Assembly: GCA_038042445.1 (NCBI GenBank)
Contig: JBBTED010000110.1
Coordinates: forward strand, 1-14,616
DNA: 14,616 bases
Source: Candidatus Firestoneibacteriota bacterium
Lineage (GTDB): Bacteria; Oederibacteriota; D2-FULL-39-29; JBBTED01
Reading direction: 5' to 3'
The notes beneath the pieces were generated by a model. It ran no database searches. It was not told the DNA's origin and was given only the letters and a program-made list of their open reading frames with translations. The position numbers were made by a program, and so were the translations under genes. Numbering within the stretch: position 1 is the first letter of the stretch; every line of letters starts with the position of its first letter. Below, one piece after another: positions 1 through 8,448 of this stretch.

Positions 1-627
1 GCAGGTGTAATAGATATGATGGAATCCGATCTTGAATCTGCAATACAATCTTTAGTTAAAGCTAAAGATAATAATTTGGATGTTGTAGAAATTAAGAATG
101 CGCTAAATTTTTCTGCCAGAGCATTATTAGTTGTGAAAGGTATCGATTCTAAAACTCCTGAAGAAGCAGTTTTAACGTTTGTTGATAAATTTGTGAATAC
201 TGGAATTTGCGAAAGCACATTTAGAAATGTAGATACTGTTTATAGAGATATTGTTTCGAATAAAATATCAAAAGAACAGGCTTTAGATTTTGCACAAAAA
301 TTTTATGAAGAAGTAAAAAAGATTTATTCTCTTATGGATAGCAGTTTTAATTTTTCAGCCAGATTTAGTGGAGAAACAAAGCAGGATGAAAGCCTTAAGC
401 AAAAGTCAATAATTTATGATTTAAGAGGAACTCCTTGCCCTATAAATTATGTTAAGACAAAACTTAAGCTTGAACAATTAGAAATTGGTGACATTTTAGA
501 AGTCTATCTTGATGAAGGTGAACCAATAAGAAATGTTCCAAAAAGTTTAGAATCCGATGGCCAGGACATATTGAAAATTAATCAAGAAGGAAATTTTTTT
601 AAGCTTCTTGTAAAAAAGAAAGTTTAA
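1..627 (+). CDS. 5'-truncated gene; C-terminal part of a TusA/SirA sulfur-carrier domain fusion, probably of the nitrite/sulfite-reductase-TusA type
   Basis: Frame is open from base 1 (AGVIDMMESD...), so the gene probably starts upstream of the window. C-terminal YDLRGTPCPINYVKTKLKLEQL...GDILEVYLDEGEPIRNVPKSL is a clear TusA CPxP-like motif. The reductase assignment is inferred from the preceding helical linker; no catalytic domain is visible. Confidence 0.75.
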   Translation, partial: AGVIDMMESDLESAIQSLVKAKDNNLDVVEIKNALNFSARALLVVKGIDSKTPEEAVLTFVDKFVNTGICESTFRNVDTVYRDIVSNKISKEQALDFAQKFYEEVKKIYSLMDSSFNFSARFSGETKQDESLKQKSIIYDLRGTPCPINYVKTKLKLEQLEIGDILEVYLDEGEPIRNVPKSLESDGQDILKINQEGNFFKLLVKKKV

Positions 628-640
628 ATGAGGTATTTAG

Positions 641-663
641 GTAGCCGCAGGCTTTAGCCTGCG
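641..663 (+). repeat. GTAG-type REP-like palindrome
   Basis: GTAG-C-CGCAGGCT-TT-AGCCTGCG: perfect 8-bp inverted repeat (646-653/656-663) after a GTAG tetranucleotide, GC-rich within an AT-rich gap. Confidence 0.7.
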
Positions 664-708
664 TTTGCAGGAAGTAAAATATTCAGAAAAAGAAGAGGGG
701 GAATAAAA

Positions 709-948
709 ATGGCAAAAAAAATAGTAAAATTAACTTTTTCTCAGAATTTAATAAAGGAACCTGTTACTTTTAGAATGGCAAAGAAATATGATATTATGCC
801 AAATATACGAAGAGCAAAAGTAACTGATACAATTGGTGAAATAGTTCTCGAATTATCTGGGAAAGAAGATAATTTAAAAAAAGGAATAAATTTTTTAGTT
901 AAATCAGGTGTGAAGGTAGAACCAATTGAAGGCGACATAGTAGAATAA
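709..948 (+). CDS. Stand-alone NIL-domain protein
   Basis: 79 aa, KLTF...KEPV...KYDIMPNIRRAKV...GEIVLELSG...GV.VE fits the NIL (MetN C-terminal-like) pattern; purine-rich SD (GAGGGGG) upstream. Confidence 0.8.
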   Translation: MAKKIVKLTFSQNLIKEPVTFRMAKKYDIMPNIRRAKVTDTIGEIVLELSGKEDNLKKGINFLVKSGVKVEPIEGDIVE

Positions 949-956
949 TATCTTTG

Positions 957-1532
957 ATGGAATTAAAAGATGAGGATTTAGATTTAATTTTACAGTTTAA
1001 AGAAGGCAACAAAAATGCTTTTGAAGAAATAATTAAAAAATACAAAAAAATTGTCATAAATGTTGCATATAATTTTGTTTATAATACTTCAGATGCAGAA
1101 GAAATTGCCCAGGAAGTCTTTATAAAAATTTACCAAAATATCCATAAATTTAATCCAAAAGCAAAATTTAAAACCTGGGTTTACAAAATAACTTCGAACT
1201 TGTGTATAAATGTTTTAAAGAAAAAGAAAATACACAGTGAAGTTCTTGTTTCTGATACAAAAACATTACCTGCAAATAAAATTACTGATTCTGCTAGTTT
1301 GGGAGATAATTTTCTAATACAGAAAGAATTAAGTGAAATTGTCAGAAATGCCATATTTAAATTATCACCAAGACAAAGATTAGCAATCCTTTTACAATAT
1401 TATGAAGATATGAGCCTAAAAGAGATTGGAGAATCTTTATCTTGTTCTAGTGCTGCTGCAGGTGTTTTACTCCAAAGAGCCCGTGAATCCCTACAAAAAA
1501 TCCTTTCCATACATCTAAAAGATATTGTATAA
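957..1532 (+). CDS. ECF-family RNA polymerase sigma factor
   Basis: Region 2 (DAEEIAQEVFIKIY, FKTWVYKITSNLCIN) and region 4 (LSPRQRLAILLQYYEDMSLKEIGESL...LLQRARESL). Start is ATG 957 or TTG 954. Confidence 0.95.
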   Translation: MELKDEDLDLILQFKEGNKNAFEEIIKKYKKIVINVAYNFVYNTSDAEEIAQEVFIKIYQNIHKFNPKAKFKTWVYKITSNLCINVLKKKKIHSEVLVSDTKTLPANKITDSASLGDNFLIQKELSEIVRNAIFKLSPRQRLAILLQYYEDMSLKEIGESLSCSSAAAGVLLQRARESLQKILSIHLKDIV

Positions 1533-1670
1533 TAAAAACCATTAACAAAATTCAAATTTTTACCGTTAGATTTTCAATATATAGTGGTTTAATATATATA
1601 GAAGGTAATAAATTAGTGGTTCTATCGGATGCACTACATATTACATTACAATTGAAGAGGATATAGCATA

Positions 1671-2030
1671 ATGAAAGACAAAATTTTAAAAATATTAGAT
1701 TATTTGCCGGAAGTTGAGCCGAAGTCATATTTTGAACAAAGATTCTGGAAGCGAATTCAGGAATTAGAAAGAACTCCCCAAATTCCCTTCTTTAGTAAAG
1801 AGGGGATTAAAGAGGAGTTAAACAAGTTGTGGGACAAGTTGATTTATATTCCGTTTCCTGCCACAGTTGTAACTACTATATTTATAGGTTTGTTTTTAGG
1901 GTCAGTTTTAAGCAGTTTTTTACACACAAAAAATGCAAATGAGACATATCCTGAATTAAATATCTTTTCAGATTTTCCGCAAAATTCTATTGGGAAAATA
2001 TATTTTTCAATTGGTGGTGATAAGAAATGA
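1671..2030 (+). CDS. Putative single-pass membrane anti-sigma factor
   Basis: Follows the ECF sigma gene. N-terminal LPEVEPKSYFEQRFWKRI motif typical of anti-sigma domain ends, one TM segment (VVTTIFIGLFLGSVLSSFL), no HxxxCxxC zinc motif. Overlaps the next gene (ATGA). Confidence 0.65.
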   Translation: MKDKILKILDYLPEVEPKSYFEQRFWKRIQELERTPQIPFFSKEGIKEELNKLWDKLIYIPFPATVVTTIFIGLFLGSVLSSFLHTKNANETYPELNIFSDFPQNSIGKIYFSIGGDKK

Positions 2031-2509
2031 ATAGTAAGAAGCTATTGATAATATTATTGGTTTTAGTTGTAATGTTAGTAGTTGGGTTTGGCATAACAAG
2101 ACTTTGCAAACAACATTTACATAGTTTAAAAAATAGTGTTAATTCTGAGTGTAATTGTAGTGGACATTTGAAGAGTTTGAAGTATTTAAATTTATCAAAA
2201 GAGCAGGAGAAAAAAATTGAATATTTAGATAAACAATTTAATCAGAGTGTTGGGGAAAAATGCAAAGAGTTTTGCAATACAAGAGAAGAACTCAATGCAT
2301 TATTAGTCAGAGATGAATTTGATACTGATAAAATTGATAAATACACAAAAAAAATTGCTTTTGGACAAGCAGAATTAGAAAAATTTACCATTTACCATAT
2401 TTTCTATATAAAACAAATTTTAACTGTTGAACAGAAAAAGAAATTTACAGGTATTATAAGCAAAAAACTTTGTGAGGACTTAAATAATGAATCTATGCTG
2501 CAACATTAA
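2027..2509 (+). CDS. Periplasmic heavy-metal sensor/adaptor, CnrX/ZraP/Spy/CpxP-like
   Basis: N-terminal membrane anchor and two LTxxQ-like motifs (LNLSKEQEKKI, ILTVEQKKKF), helical sequence, position between anti-sigma and efflux genes. Confidence 0.8.
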   Translation: MNSKKLLIILLVLVVMLVVGFGITRLCKQHLHSLKNSVNSECNCSGHLKSLKYLNLSKEQEKKIEYLDKQFNQSVGEKCKEFCNTREELNALLVRDEFDTDKIDKYTKKIAFGQAELEKFTIYHIFYIKQILTVEQKKKFTGIISKKLCEDLNNESMLQH

Positions 2510-2519
2510 ATATAGTTTT

Positions 2520-2603
2520 GTAGCAGCAAAGCGTAAGCTTTGCTATATTTCACCGAGTAATCTCGGCAATTACAAAAAGAGCAGAGCTTCGCTCTGCAGC
2601 TAC
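2520..2603. repeat. REPIN-like doublet of inverted GTAG-type REP palindromes
   Basis: + strand GTAG-CA-GCAAAGC-GTAA-GCTTTGC from 2520; - strand GTAG-CT-GCAGAGC-GAA-GCTCTGC from 2603; small internal hairpin CCGAG-TAAT-CTCGG (2553-2566). Confidence 0.75.
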
Positions 2604-2609
2604 ATTAAT

Positions 2610-3893
2610 ATAAAAAAAACATTAATTATAATATTAATTTTTCTAATATCACAAGCAGTAATATTAGCTGCCGATGAAACTTCAAAATTATCACTTCTTC
2701 CTGCTATAAAAGAAGCAATAGCTAATAATCCAGAATTAAAAATGATTTCCAAAAAACTTGAGTCTTCAAAAATAAAAGCGTCTAAGATGGGAGTTCTTGA
2801 TGAACCAAGATTTGGAATTGGGTTTTTGAATCTACCTGTTTCAAGTTTTTCATTTGGGGAAATGGATGAAACTATGAAAGAGTTCAAATTTATGCAAATG
2901 TTTCCATTCCCAGGAAAACTTTCTTTAAGAGAACAAGTCGGAATTTTTGAGTCTGATATTGTGAATGAAGAATATAGGCAAAAGAAAAATGAAATTATGT
3001 ATAAAGTGAAAACTTCATATTACGAATTATATCTTGTACTAAAATCAGTTGAAATTGTAAAAAAAAATAAGGATTTATTAGGAGAAATTATAAAAATAGC
3101 TAATGCAAAATATTTGAGTAGTGATGGATTGCAAGGTGATGTGTTAAGGGCGCAGGTTGAATTCGCCCAGATGATGAATGAATTAATTATGCTTGAGCAA
3201 AAGAGAAAAACTGCGGAAGCTCAAATCAATACATTGCTTTTTAGGAATACAGAAATTTCTATATCTGGTGTTGAAGAAGTAACTAAAATCAAATCTGAAT
3301 TAACATTTGGGACAATAAAACAAACGGCTATTGAAAATAGCCCCCTTTTGAAACTTTCTGATTTTAATCTTAAAAGAAATGAAATAGCACATTCACTTGC
3401 AAAAAAAGAGTATTTTCCTGATTTTGATTTGGGTGTTGCCTATAGCCAACGGGATTCAGCTATTGATGGAACTAAAAGAAATGATATGTTTAGCATTATG
3501 CTTGCAGTAAATTTGCCATTTTTATGGGGACCAAAAAGTTATGAAGTGGATTCAACAAAAATTGAAATAGATGAAGCACAAGCAAATTATGACAGTATTA
3601 AAAATGAAATATTTTATATGATAAAAGATATTCTTTCTGAAATTGAAAAAGCAGATAGAATGTTAAATTTATTTGAAACTGGAATTTTGCCTCAGGCAAA
3701 ACAAGTTTTGGAGATTACAAAAGCAAATTATCAATCCGGAAAAGTTGATTTTTTGGCTTTACTTGATGCGCAAAGGACATTATATAAATATGAAGTTGAA
3801 AATTATAATATTATAGTTGAATACGAAAAGAATTTGGCTACACTTGAGTTTATTGCAGGTAAAAATATTGGAGGAAAAGATGATAAATTTTAA
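2610..3893 (+). CDS. TolC-family outer membrane factor of heavy-metal RND system (CusC/CzcC role)
   Basis: AIANNPEL, YFPDFDLGVAY and ANYQSGKVDFLALLDAQR outer-membrane-efflux motifs; first gene of a C-B-A trio. Start uncertain: the ORF is open from ATG 2487, but the signal-peptide-like KKTLIIILIFLISQAVILA begins after ATA 2610. Confidence 0.9.
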   Translation: MKKTLIIILIFLISQAVILAADETSKLSLLPAIKEAIANNPELKMISKKLESSKIKASKMGVLDEPRFGIGFLNLPVSSFSFGEMDETMKEFKFMQMFPFPGKLSLREQVGIFESDIVNEEYRQKKNEIMYKVKTSYYELYLVLKSVEIVKKNKDLLGEIIKIANAKYLSSDGLQGDVLRAQVEFAQMMNELIMLEQKRKTAEAQINTLLFRNTEISISGVEEVTKIKSELTFGTIKQTAIENSPLLKLSDFNLKRNEIAHSLAKKEYFPDFDLGVAYSQRDSAIDGTKRNDMFSIMLAVNLPFLWGPKSYEVDSTKIEIDEAQANYDSIKNEIFYMIKDILSEIEKADRMLNLFETGILPQAKQVLEITKANYQSGKVDFLALLDAQRTLYKYEVENYNIIVEYEKNLATLEFIAGKNIGGKDDKF

Positions 3894-4992
3894 AAATAAA
3901 AAAATATTTGTATATATTGTATTGATTTTATCAATAATTCTTGCATTAGTAGTTTTTGTTAAAATTTATAAAGCAAAAAATATAGACCACACAGGCCATG
4001 AAATTAATTCTGAAAAACCAAAAAAACAACTTTATCATTGCCCGATGCATCCTACATATATAGCAGATAAACCGGGAGATTGCCCAATATGTGGAATGAA
4101 ACTTGTTCCAATGGAACAAAAAGAAGAAAATATTCCTTCTAAAGATAAGTTGCAAGTATCGGGACAGGCAGATATTATAATTTCATCAGAAAAAGAACAG
4201 CTAATTGGTATGAAAACAGAAATTATAAAAAAAAGAGATTTGGTTTTTACAATTCGTGCATCTGGAAGAATTGCTCATGATCCTGAACTTTATAATGCAA
4301 TAATTGAATATCAAAGGACGATAAGCACACGAGATGTAATTAAAAAATCAAATCCATCTGATGAAGTTTTAAAACAAGCAGAATCTTTACTGGAATCATC
4401 ACGTATAAGACTAAAACATTTAGGATTGTCTGATACGCAGATACAAGAGATAAAAAAGGATGATAGTTTTCCAACAAATCTAATTATGGTTGATTCTTCT
4501 GGTAAAACTGTATGGGTCTATGCACAAGTTTATGAATATGAAATAGGTTTGGTTAAACAGGGTCAGAGTGTTGAAGTTACCTCAATTGCTTTACCTGGCA
4601 AAAAATTTACAGGAATAATTAAAGCAATTGATCCATATTTGGATAGTGAAACAAGATCTTTACGTGTCAGGGCAGAAATTCACAATATAGATGGTTTACT
4701 TAAGCCGGAAATGTTTGTTGACACATTAATTAGAGTTGAGTTTGAAGGAAGAATAGCTATTCCTGAAGATGCTGTTTTAGATACTGGTGTCAGAAAGTTA
4801 GTATTTGTAAAAAAAGCAGAAGGAAAATATGAGCCAAGAGAAGTTGTGCTTGGGCATGAAGCTGATGGGTATTATGAAGTTTTAAGTGGTGTAGGTTTGG
4901 GTGATAGAGTTGTTACATCTGCAAATTTTTTGATTGATTCTGAATCAAAATTAAAATCAGCCATTTCAGGAATGCAGGAACACAAACACTAA
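3880..4992 (+). CDS. cusB: CusB-like periplasmic adaptor with N-terminal heavy-metal-binding domain (HMBD)
   Basis: GGAGG SD then ATG 3880; TM anchor; YHCPMHP...PGDCPICGMKL; VWVYAQVYE, IDPYLDSETRSLRVR, LKPEMF, VVTSANFLIDSESKL; C-terminal MQEHKH. Confidence 0.9.
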   Translation: MINFKNKKIFVYIVLILSIILALVVFVKIYKAKNIDHTGHEINSEKPKKQLYHCPMHPTYIADKPGDCPICGMKLVPMEQKEENIPSKDKLQVSGQADIIISSEKEQLIGMKTEIIKKRDLVFTIRASGRIAHDPELYNAIIEYQRTISTRDVIKKSNPSDEVLKQAESLLESSRIRLKHLGLSDTQIQEIKKDDSFPTNLIMVDSSGKTVWVYAQVYEYEIGLVKQGQSVEVTSIALPGKKFTGIIKAIDPYLDSETRSLRVRAEIHNIDGLLKPEMFVDTLIRVEFEGRIAIPEDAVLDTGVRKLVFVKKAEGKYEPREVVLGHEADGYYEVLSGVGLGDRVVTSANFLIDSESKLKSAISGMQEHKH

Positions 4993-5021
4993 AAAATGTA
5001 TAATAATGATATAATAATCAT

Positions 5022-5090
5022 TGTCATTCTGAACAAAGTGAAGAATCTCGCTTTATTTAAATCAGATTCTTCGCTAACGGTCAGAATGAT
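5022..5090. repeat. GTCATTC-type long palindromic intergenic element
   Basis: Nested perfect inverted repeats TCATTCTGA (5024-5032)/TCAGAATGA (5081-5089) and GAAGAATCT (5040-5048)/AGATTCTTC (5064-5072). Confidence 0.75.
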
Positions 5091-5121
5091 TTGTAATGGC
5101 TAATTTGTTACATATAAAAAT

Positions 5122-8100
5122 ATGCTTGAAAAAATTGTTGAATGGAGCGCAAAAAATAAATTTTTAGTTATAATTTTTACAGCTGTGGCTATTATAGCAG
5201 CCATATATTCTATTAAAAGAATACCACTTGATGCAATTCCGGATTTATCTGATACACAGGTAATTGTTTATTCAAGGTGGGATAGAAGTCCTGATATAAT
5301 TGAAGATCAGGTTACGTATCCTATAGTTACTGCAATGCTTGGTGCTCCAAAGGTAAAAACAATTCGTGGATTTTCTGATTTTGGGTTTTCTTATGTTTAT
5401 ATAATTTTTCAGGATGGAACGGATATATACTGGGCACGTAGTCGCACATTGGAATATTTAAGTAAAATATTACCTAAACTTCCGGAAGGAGTTAAAACAG
5501 AATTAGGACCTGATGCAACTGGTGTTGGTTGGGTATTTCAATATGCACTTGTTGATAAAACCGGTAGACATAGTTTAGCGGATTTAAGAAGTTTTCAGGA
5601 TTGGTATCTTAGATATTACATTCAGTCTGTTCCCGGTGTTGCAGAGGTTGCTTCAATTGGAGGATTTCAGAAACAATATCAGGTAAATATAAATCCAAAT
5701 ACTTTAGTATCCTATAGAATTCCACTTATGAAAGTTATAGAGGCAATACGTGATGGTAATAATGATATTGGAGGTAGGTTAGTAGAATTTTCAGGTGCAG
5801 AGTATATGGTTCGAGGGTTAGGTTATGCAAAAAGTATTTCTGATATAGAAAATATTGTTGTTGATAGAAATATGCAGGGAACTCCAATTTTAATAAAAAA
5901 TATTGCAAAAGTTTCTTTTGGTCCTGAAATAAGAAGAGGTGTTTCAGATTTAGATGGAGAAGGAGATACAGTAGGCGGTATTGTTGTAATGAGACATGGG
6001 GAAAACGCTTTAAATGTCATAAAAAAAGTTAAAGCTAAATTAGAAGAAATAAAACCTTCTTTGCCTGAAGGGGCTGAAATTATTATTACTTATGATCGTT
6101 CTGATTTAATTCACCGTGCTATTGATACTTTGAAAAATCAACTTAAAGAAGAAATGATAATAGTAAGTCTTGTAATTCTTTTATTTTTGTGGCATATACC
6201 TTCAGCTATAGTGCCAATTGTTACTATTCCAATCGCAGTTTTTTTAACATTTATACCTATGTTTGGAATGAAATTAACTTCAAATATAATGTCAATTTCG
6301 GGTATTGCAATATCAATAGGGGTTTTGGTTGATGGGGCTATTATTGAAGTTGAAAATGCATATAAAAAACTTCAACTTTGGATGCAAAATGGAAGAGTGG
6401 GAGATTTTCATGAGGTTAGATTACAGGCATTAAAAGAAGTGGTTCCTGCTGTATTTTTTTCCCTGCTTGTTATTGCAGTTGCATTTTTACCTGTTTTTAC
6501 TTTACTTGATCAGGAAGGTAGGTTGTTTAAGCCATTGGCATATAGCAAAAATTTTGCAATGGCAATTGCAGCGATTCTTGCAATCACTTTAGATCCGGCA
6601 ATCAGACTTCTTTTTACAAGGGTGGATTACCTGCATTTTAGGCCAAAATGGTTATCATGGATTTTTAATATGGTTACAGTTGGAAAATATTATCCAGAGG
6701 AAAAACATCCGATAAGTAAAATTTTGTTTAAAATATATGAGCCAGTTTGCAATTTGGTTTTAAAACATAGAAAAACTACTATCGCGATTGCACTACTGCT
6801 TATATTATCTGTTATTCCTGTTTATTTTAAATTAGGGTCTGAATTTATGCCTCCACTTAATGAAGGCACAATTTTATATATGCCAACAACACTTCCAGGA
6901 ATTTCAGTAACTGAAGCTTTTAAATTGCTTCAAACTCAGGACAAAATTTTAAAAAGTTTTCCTGAAGTAGAAAGAGTTTTTGGTAAAGCAGGTAGAGCTG
7001 AAACTGCAACGGACCCGGCTCCATTTGCAATGATGGAAACAACAGTTGTTCTAAAACCAGAAAATGAATGGCGCAAATTAAAACGGTGGTATTCAGGAAT
7101 GCCAGAAATTTTTCAGAAAATTTTTAGACGCTTCCATACAGACAGAATTACATGGGAAGAATTAGTTAATGAAATGGATTCAAAAATGAAATTTCCGGGA
7201 GTTACAAATGCATGGACAATGCCTATAAAGGGTCGTATAGATATGCTTACAACAGGGGTACGTACCCCTATTGGTATTAAAATATATGGAGCAGATTTAA
7301 AAGAAATAGAAAAAGTTGGAACACATTTGGAAATGATATTAAAAGATGTAAAAGGAACACGAAGTATTTATGCGGAAAGAGTTGCTGGTGGGTATTTTCT
7401 TGATTTTGATTTAAAAAGAGAGCAACTTGCAAGGTATGGACTTTCCATAAAAGAAGCAGAAATGGTTATTATGTCTGCAATAGGCGGAGAGCCAATTACC
7501 ACAACTGTTGAGGGTAGGGAGAGGTATACAATAAATGTTCGTTATGCAAGGGAATTAAGAGATACTTTACCAAAATTAAAACGTGTATTAGTTCCAACTA
7601 TGAGTGGCGCCCAGATTCCTTTGGCTGAATTAGCGGATATTCGTTTTTCAACAGGTCCTGCAATGATTAGAGATGAAAATGGATTATTAGCAGGATATGT
7701 TTATGTGGATATTACAGGTAGAGATATAGGAGGTTATGTAACAGATGCAAAGAAGAAAGTATCAGAAGAGTTAAAACTTAAAACAGGGTATTCACTTGTA
7801 TGGAGTGGACAATATGAAAATATGTTAAGAGTTAAAGAACGACTTAAAATTATTATTCCTTTAACAATTTTTATTATTTTTGTTCTTTTATATATGAATA
7901 CAAAATCTCCGATTAAAGCGGGTATAGTTATGTTAGCAGTTCCGTTTTCTTTAATAGGAGCAATATGGTTTTTGTATATTTTAGGTTATAATATTTCAAT
8001 TGCAGTATGGGTTGGAATGATAGCTCTTATGGGACTTGATGCTGAAACAGGTGTGTTTATGCTATTATTTTTAGATTTGGCTTATTATGATGCAATCAGA

Positions 8101-8412
8101 GCAGGAAAAATGAAAACTTATGATGATTTAAGAGAAGCGATAATTCATGGAGCAGTAAAAAGAATAAGACCTAAAATGATGACTATTACAGCAATATTTA
8201 TGGGTCTTATCCCAATAATGTGGTCTTTAGGAACTGGGTCTGATGTAATGAAAAGAATTGCAGCGCCTATGATTGGAGGAGTATTTACAAGTTTTATACT
8301 TGAATTGTTATTGTATCCTCCAATTTATGCTATATGGAAGTGGAATTTTGAAATGAAACACGGCACAGTAGATGTGTCAAAACTTCCAATTCCTCAAATT
8401 CGTGGACATTGA
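5122..8412 (+). CDS. cusA: CusA/SilA-type heavy-metal efflux RND permease (Cu(I)/Ag(I))
   Basis: PLDAIPDLSDTQVI, LGPDATGVGW, GVLVDGAIIEVEN, AETGV and RPKMMT motifs. Met triad conserved: M587 (LYMPTTLPG), M637 (APFAMMETT), M708 (RIDMLTTG), matching E. coli CusA M573/M623/M672. Confidence 0.97.
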   Translation: MLEKIVEWSAKNKFLVIIFTAVAIIAAIYSIKRIPLDAIPDLSDTQVIVYSRWDRSPDIIEDQVTYPIVTAMLGAPKVKTIRGFSDFGFSYVYIIFQDGTDIYWARSRTLEYLSKILPKLPEGVKTELGPDATGVGWVFQYALVDKTGRHSLADLRSFQDWYLRYYIQSVPGVAEVASIGGFQKQYQVNINPNTLVSYRIPLMKVIEAIRDGNNDIGGRLVEFSGAEYMVRGLGYAKSISDIENIVVDRNMQGTPILIKNIAKVSFGPEIRRGVSDLDGEGDTVGGIVVMRHGENALNVIKKVKAKLEEIKPSLPEGAEIIITYDRSDLIHRAIDTLKNQLKEEMIIVSLVILLFLWHIPSAIVPIVTIPIAVFLTFIPMFGMKLTSNIMSISGIAISIGVLVDGAIIEVENAYKKLQLWMQNGRVGDFHEVRLQALKEVVPAVFFSLLVIAVAFLPVFTLLDQEGRLFKPLAYSKNFAMAIAAILAITLDPAIRLLFTRVDYLHFRPKWLSWIFNMVTVGKYYPEEKHPISKILFKIYEPVCNLVLKHRKTTIAIALLLILSVIPVYFKLGSEFMPPLNEGTILYMPTTLPGISVTEAFKLLQTQDKILKSFPEVERVFGKAGRAETATDPAPFAMMETTVVLKPENEWRKLKRWYSGMPEIFQKIFRRFHTDRITWEELVNEMDSKMKFPGVTNAWTMPIKGRIDMLTTGVRTPIGIKIYGADLKEIEKVGTHLEMILKDVKGTRSIYAERVAGGYFLDFDLKREQLARYGLSIKEAEMVIMSAIGGEPITTTVEGRERYTINVRYARELRDTLPKLKRVLVPTMSGAQIPLAELADIRFSTGPAMIRDENGLLAGYVYVDITGRDIGGYVTDAKKKVSEELKLKTGYSLVWSGQYENMLRVKERLKIIIPLTIFIIFVLLYMNTKSPIKAGIVMLAVPFSLIGAIWFLYILGYNISIAVWVGMIALMGLDAETGVFMLLFLDLAYYDAIRAGKMKTYDDLREAIIHGAVKRIRPKMMTITAIFMGLIPIMWSLGTGSDVMKRIAAPMIGGVFTSFILELLLYPPIYAIWKWNFEMKHGTVDVSKLPIPQIRGH

Positions 8413-8437
8413 GATTGTGTTATAATTGTAATAAAAT
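8409..8437 (+). promoter_or_regulatory. Candidate sigma70 promoter for downstream accessory genes
   Basis: TTGAGA (8409-8414), 17 nt, TAAAAT (8432-8437); also a perfect extended -10 TGtTATAAT (8418-8426). AT-richness raises the chance-match rate. Confidence 0.4.
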
Positions 8438-8448
8438 TTGTAGTGTTT

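Noticed and set aside
1572..1587. NrdR-box-like TTTCAATATATAGTGG
   Set aside because: Single partial match in very AT-rich DNA with no ribonucleotide reductase context.
3817..3879. Track start of the adaptor at TTG 3817
   Set aside because: Lies inside the TolC gene; ATG 3880 has a GGAGG SD and gives a normal basic N-terminus plus TM anchor.
1647..8430. CopY-box-like TACAnnTGTA near-matches (TACAATTGAA about 1647, TATAATTGTA 8421)
   Set aside because: Each has a mismatch, such matches are expected by chance at this AT content, and no copY gene is present.
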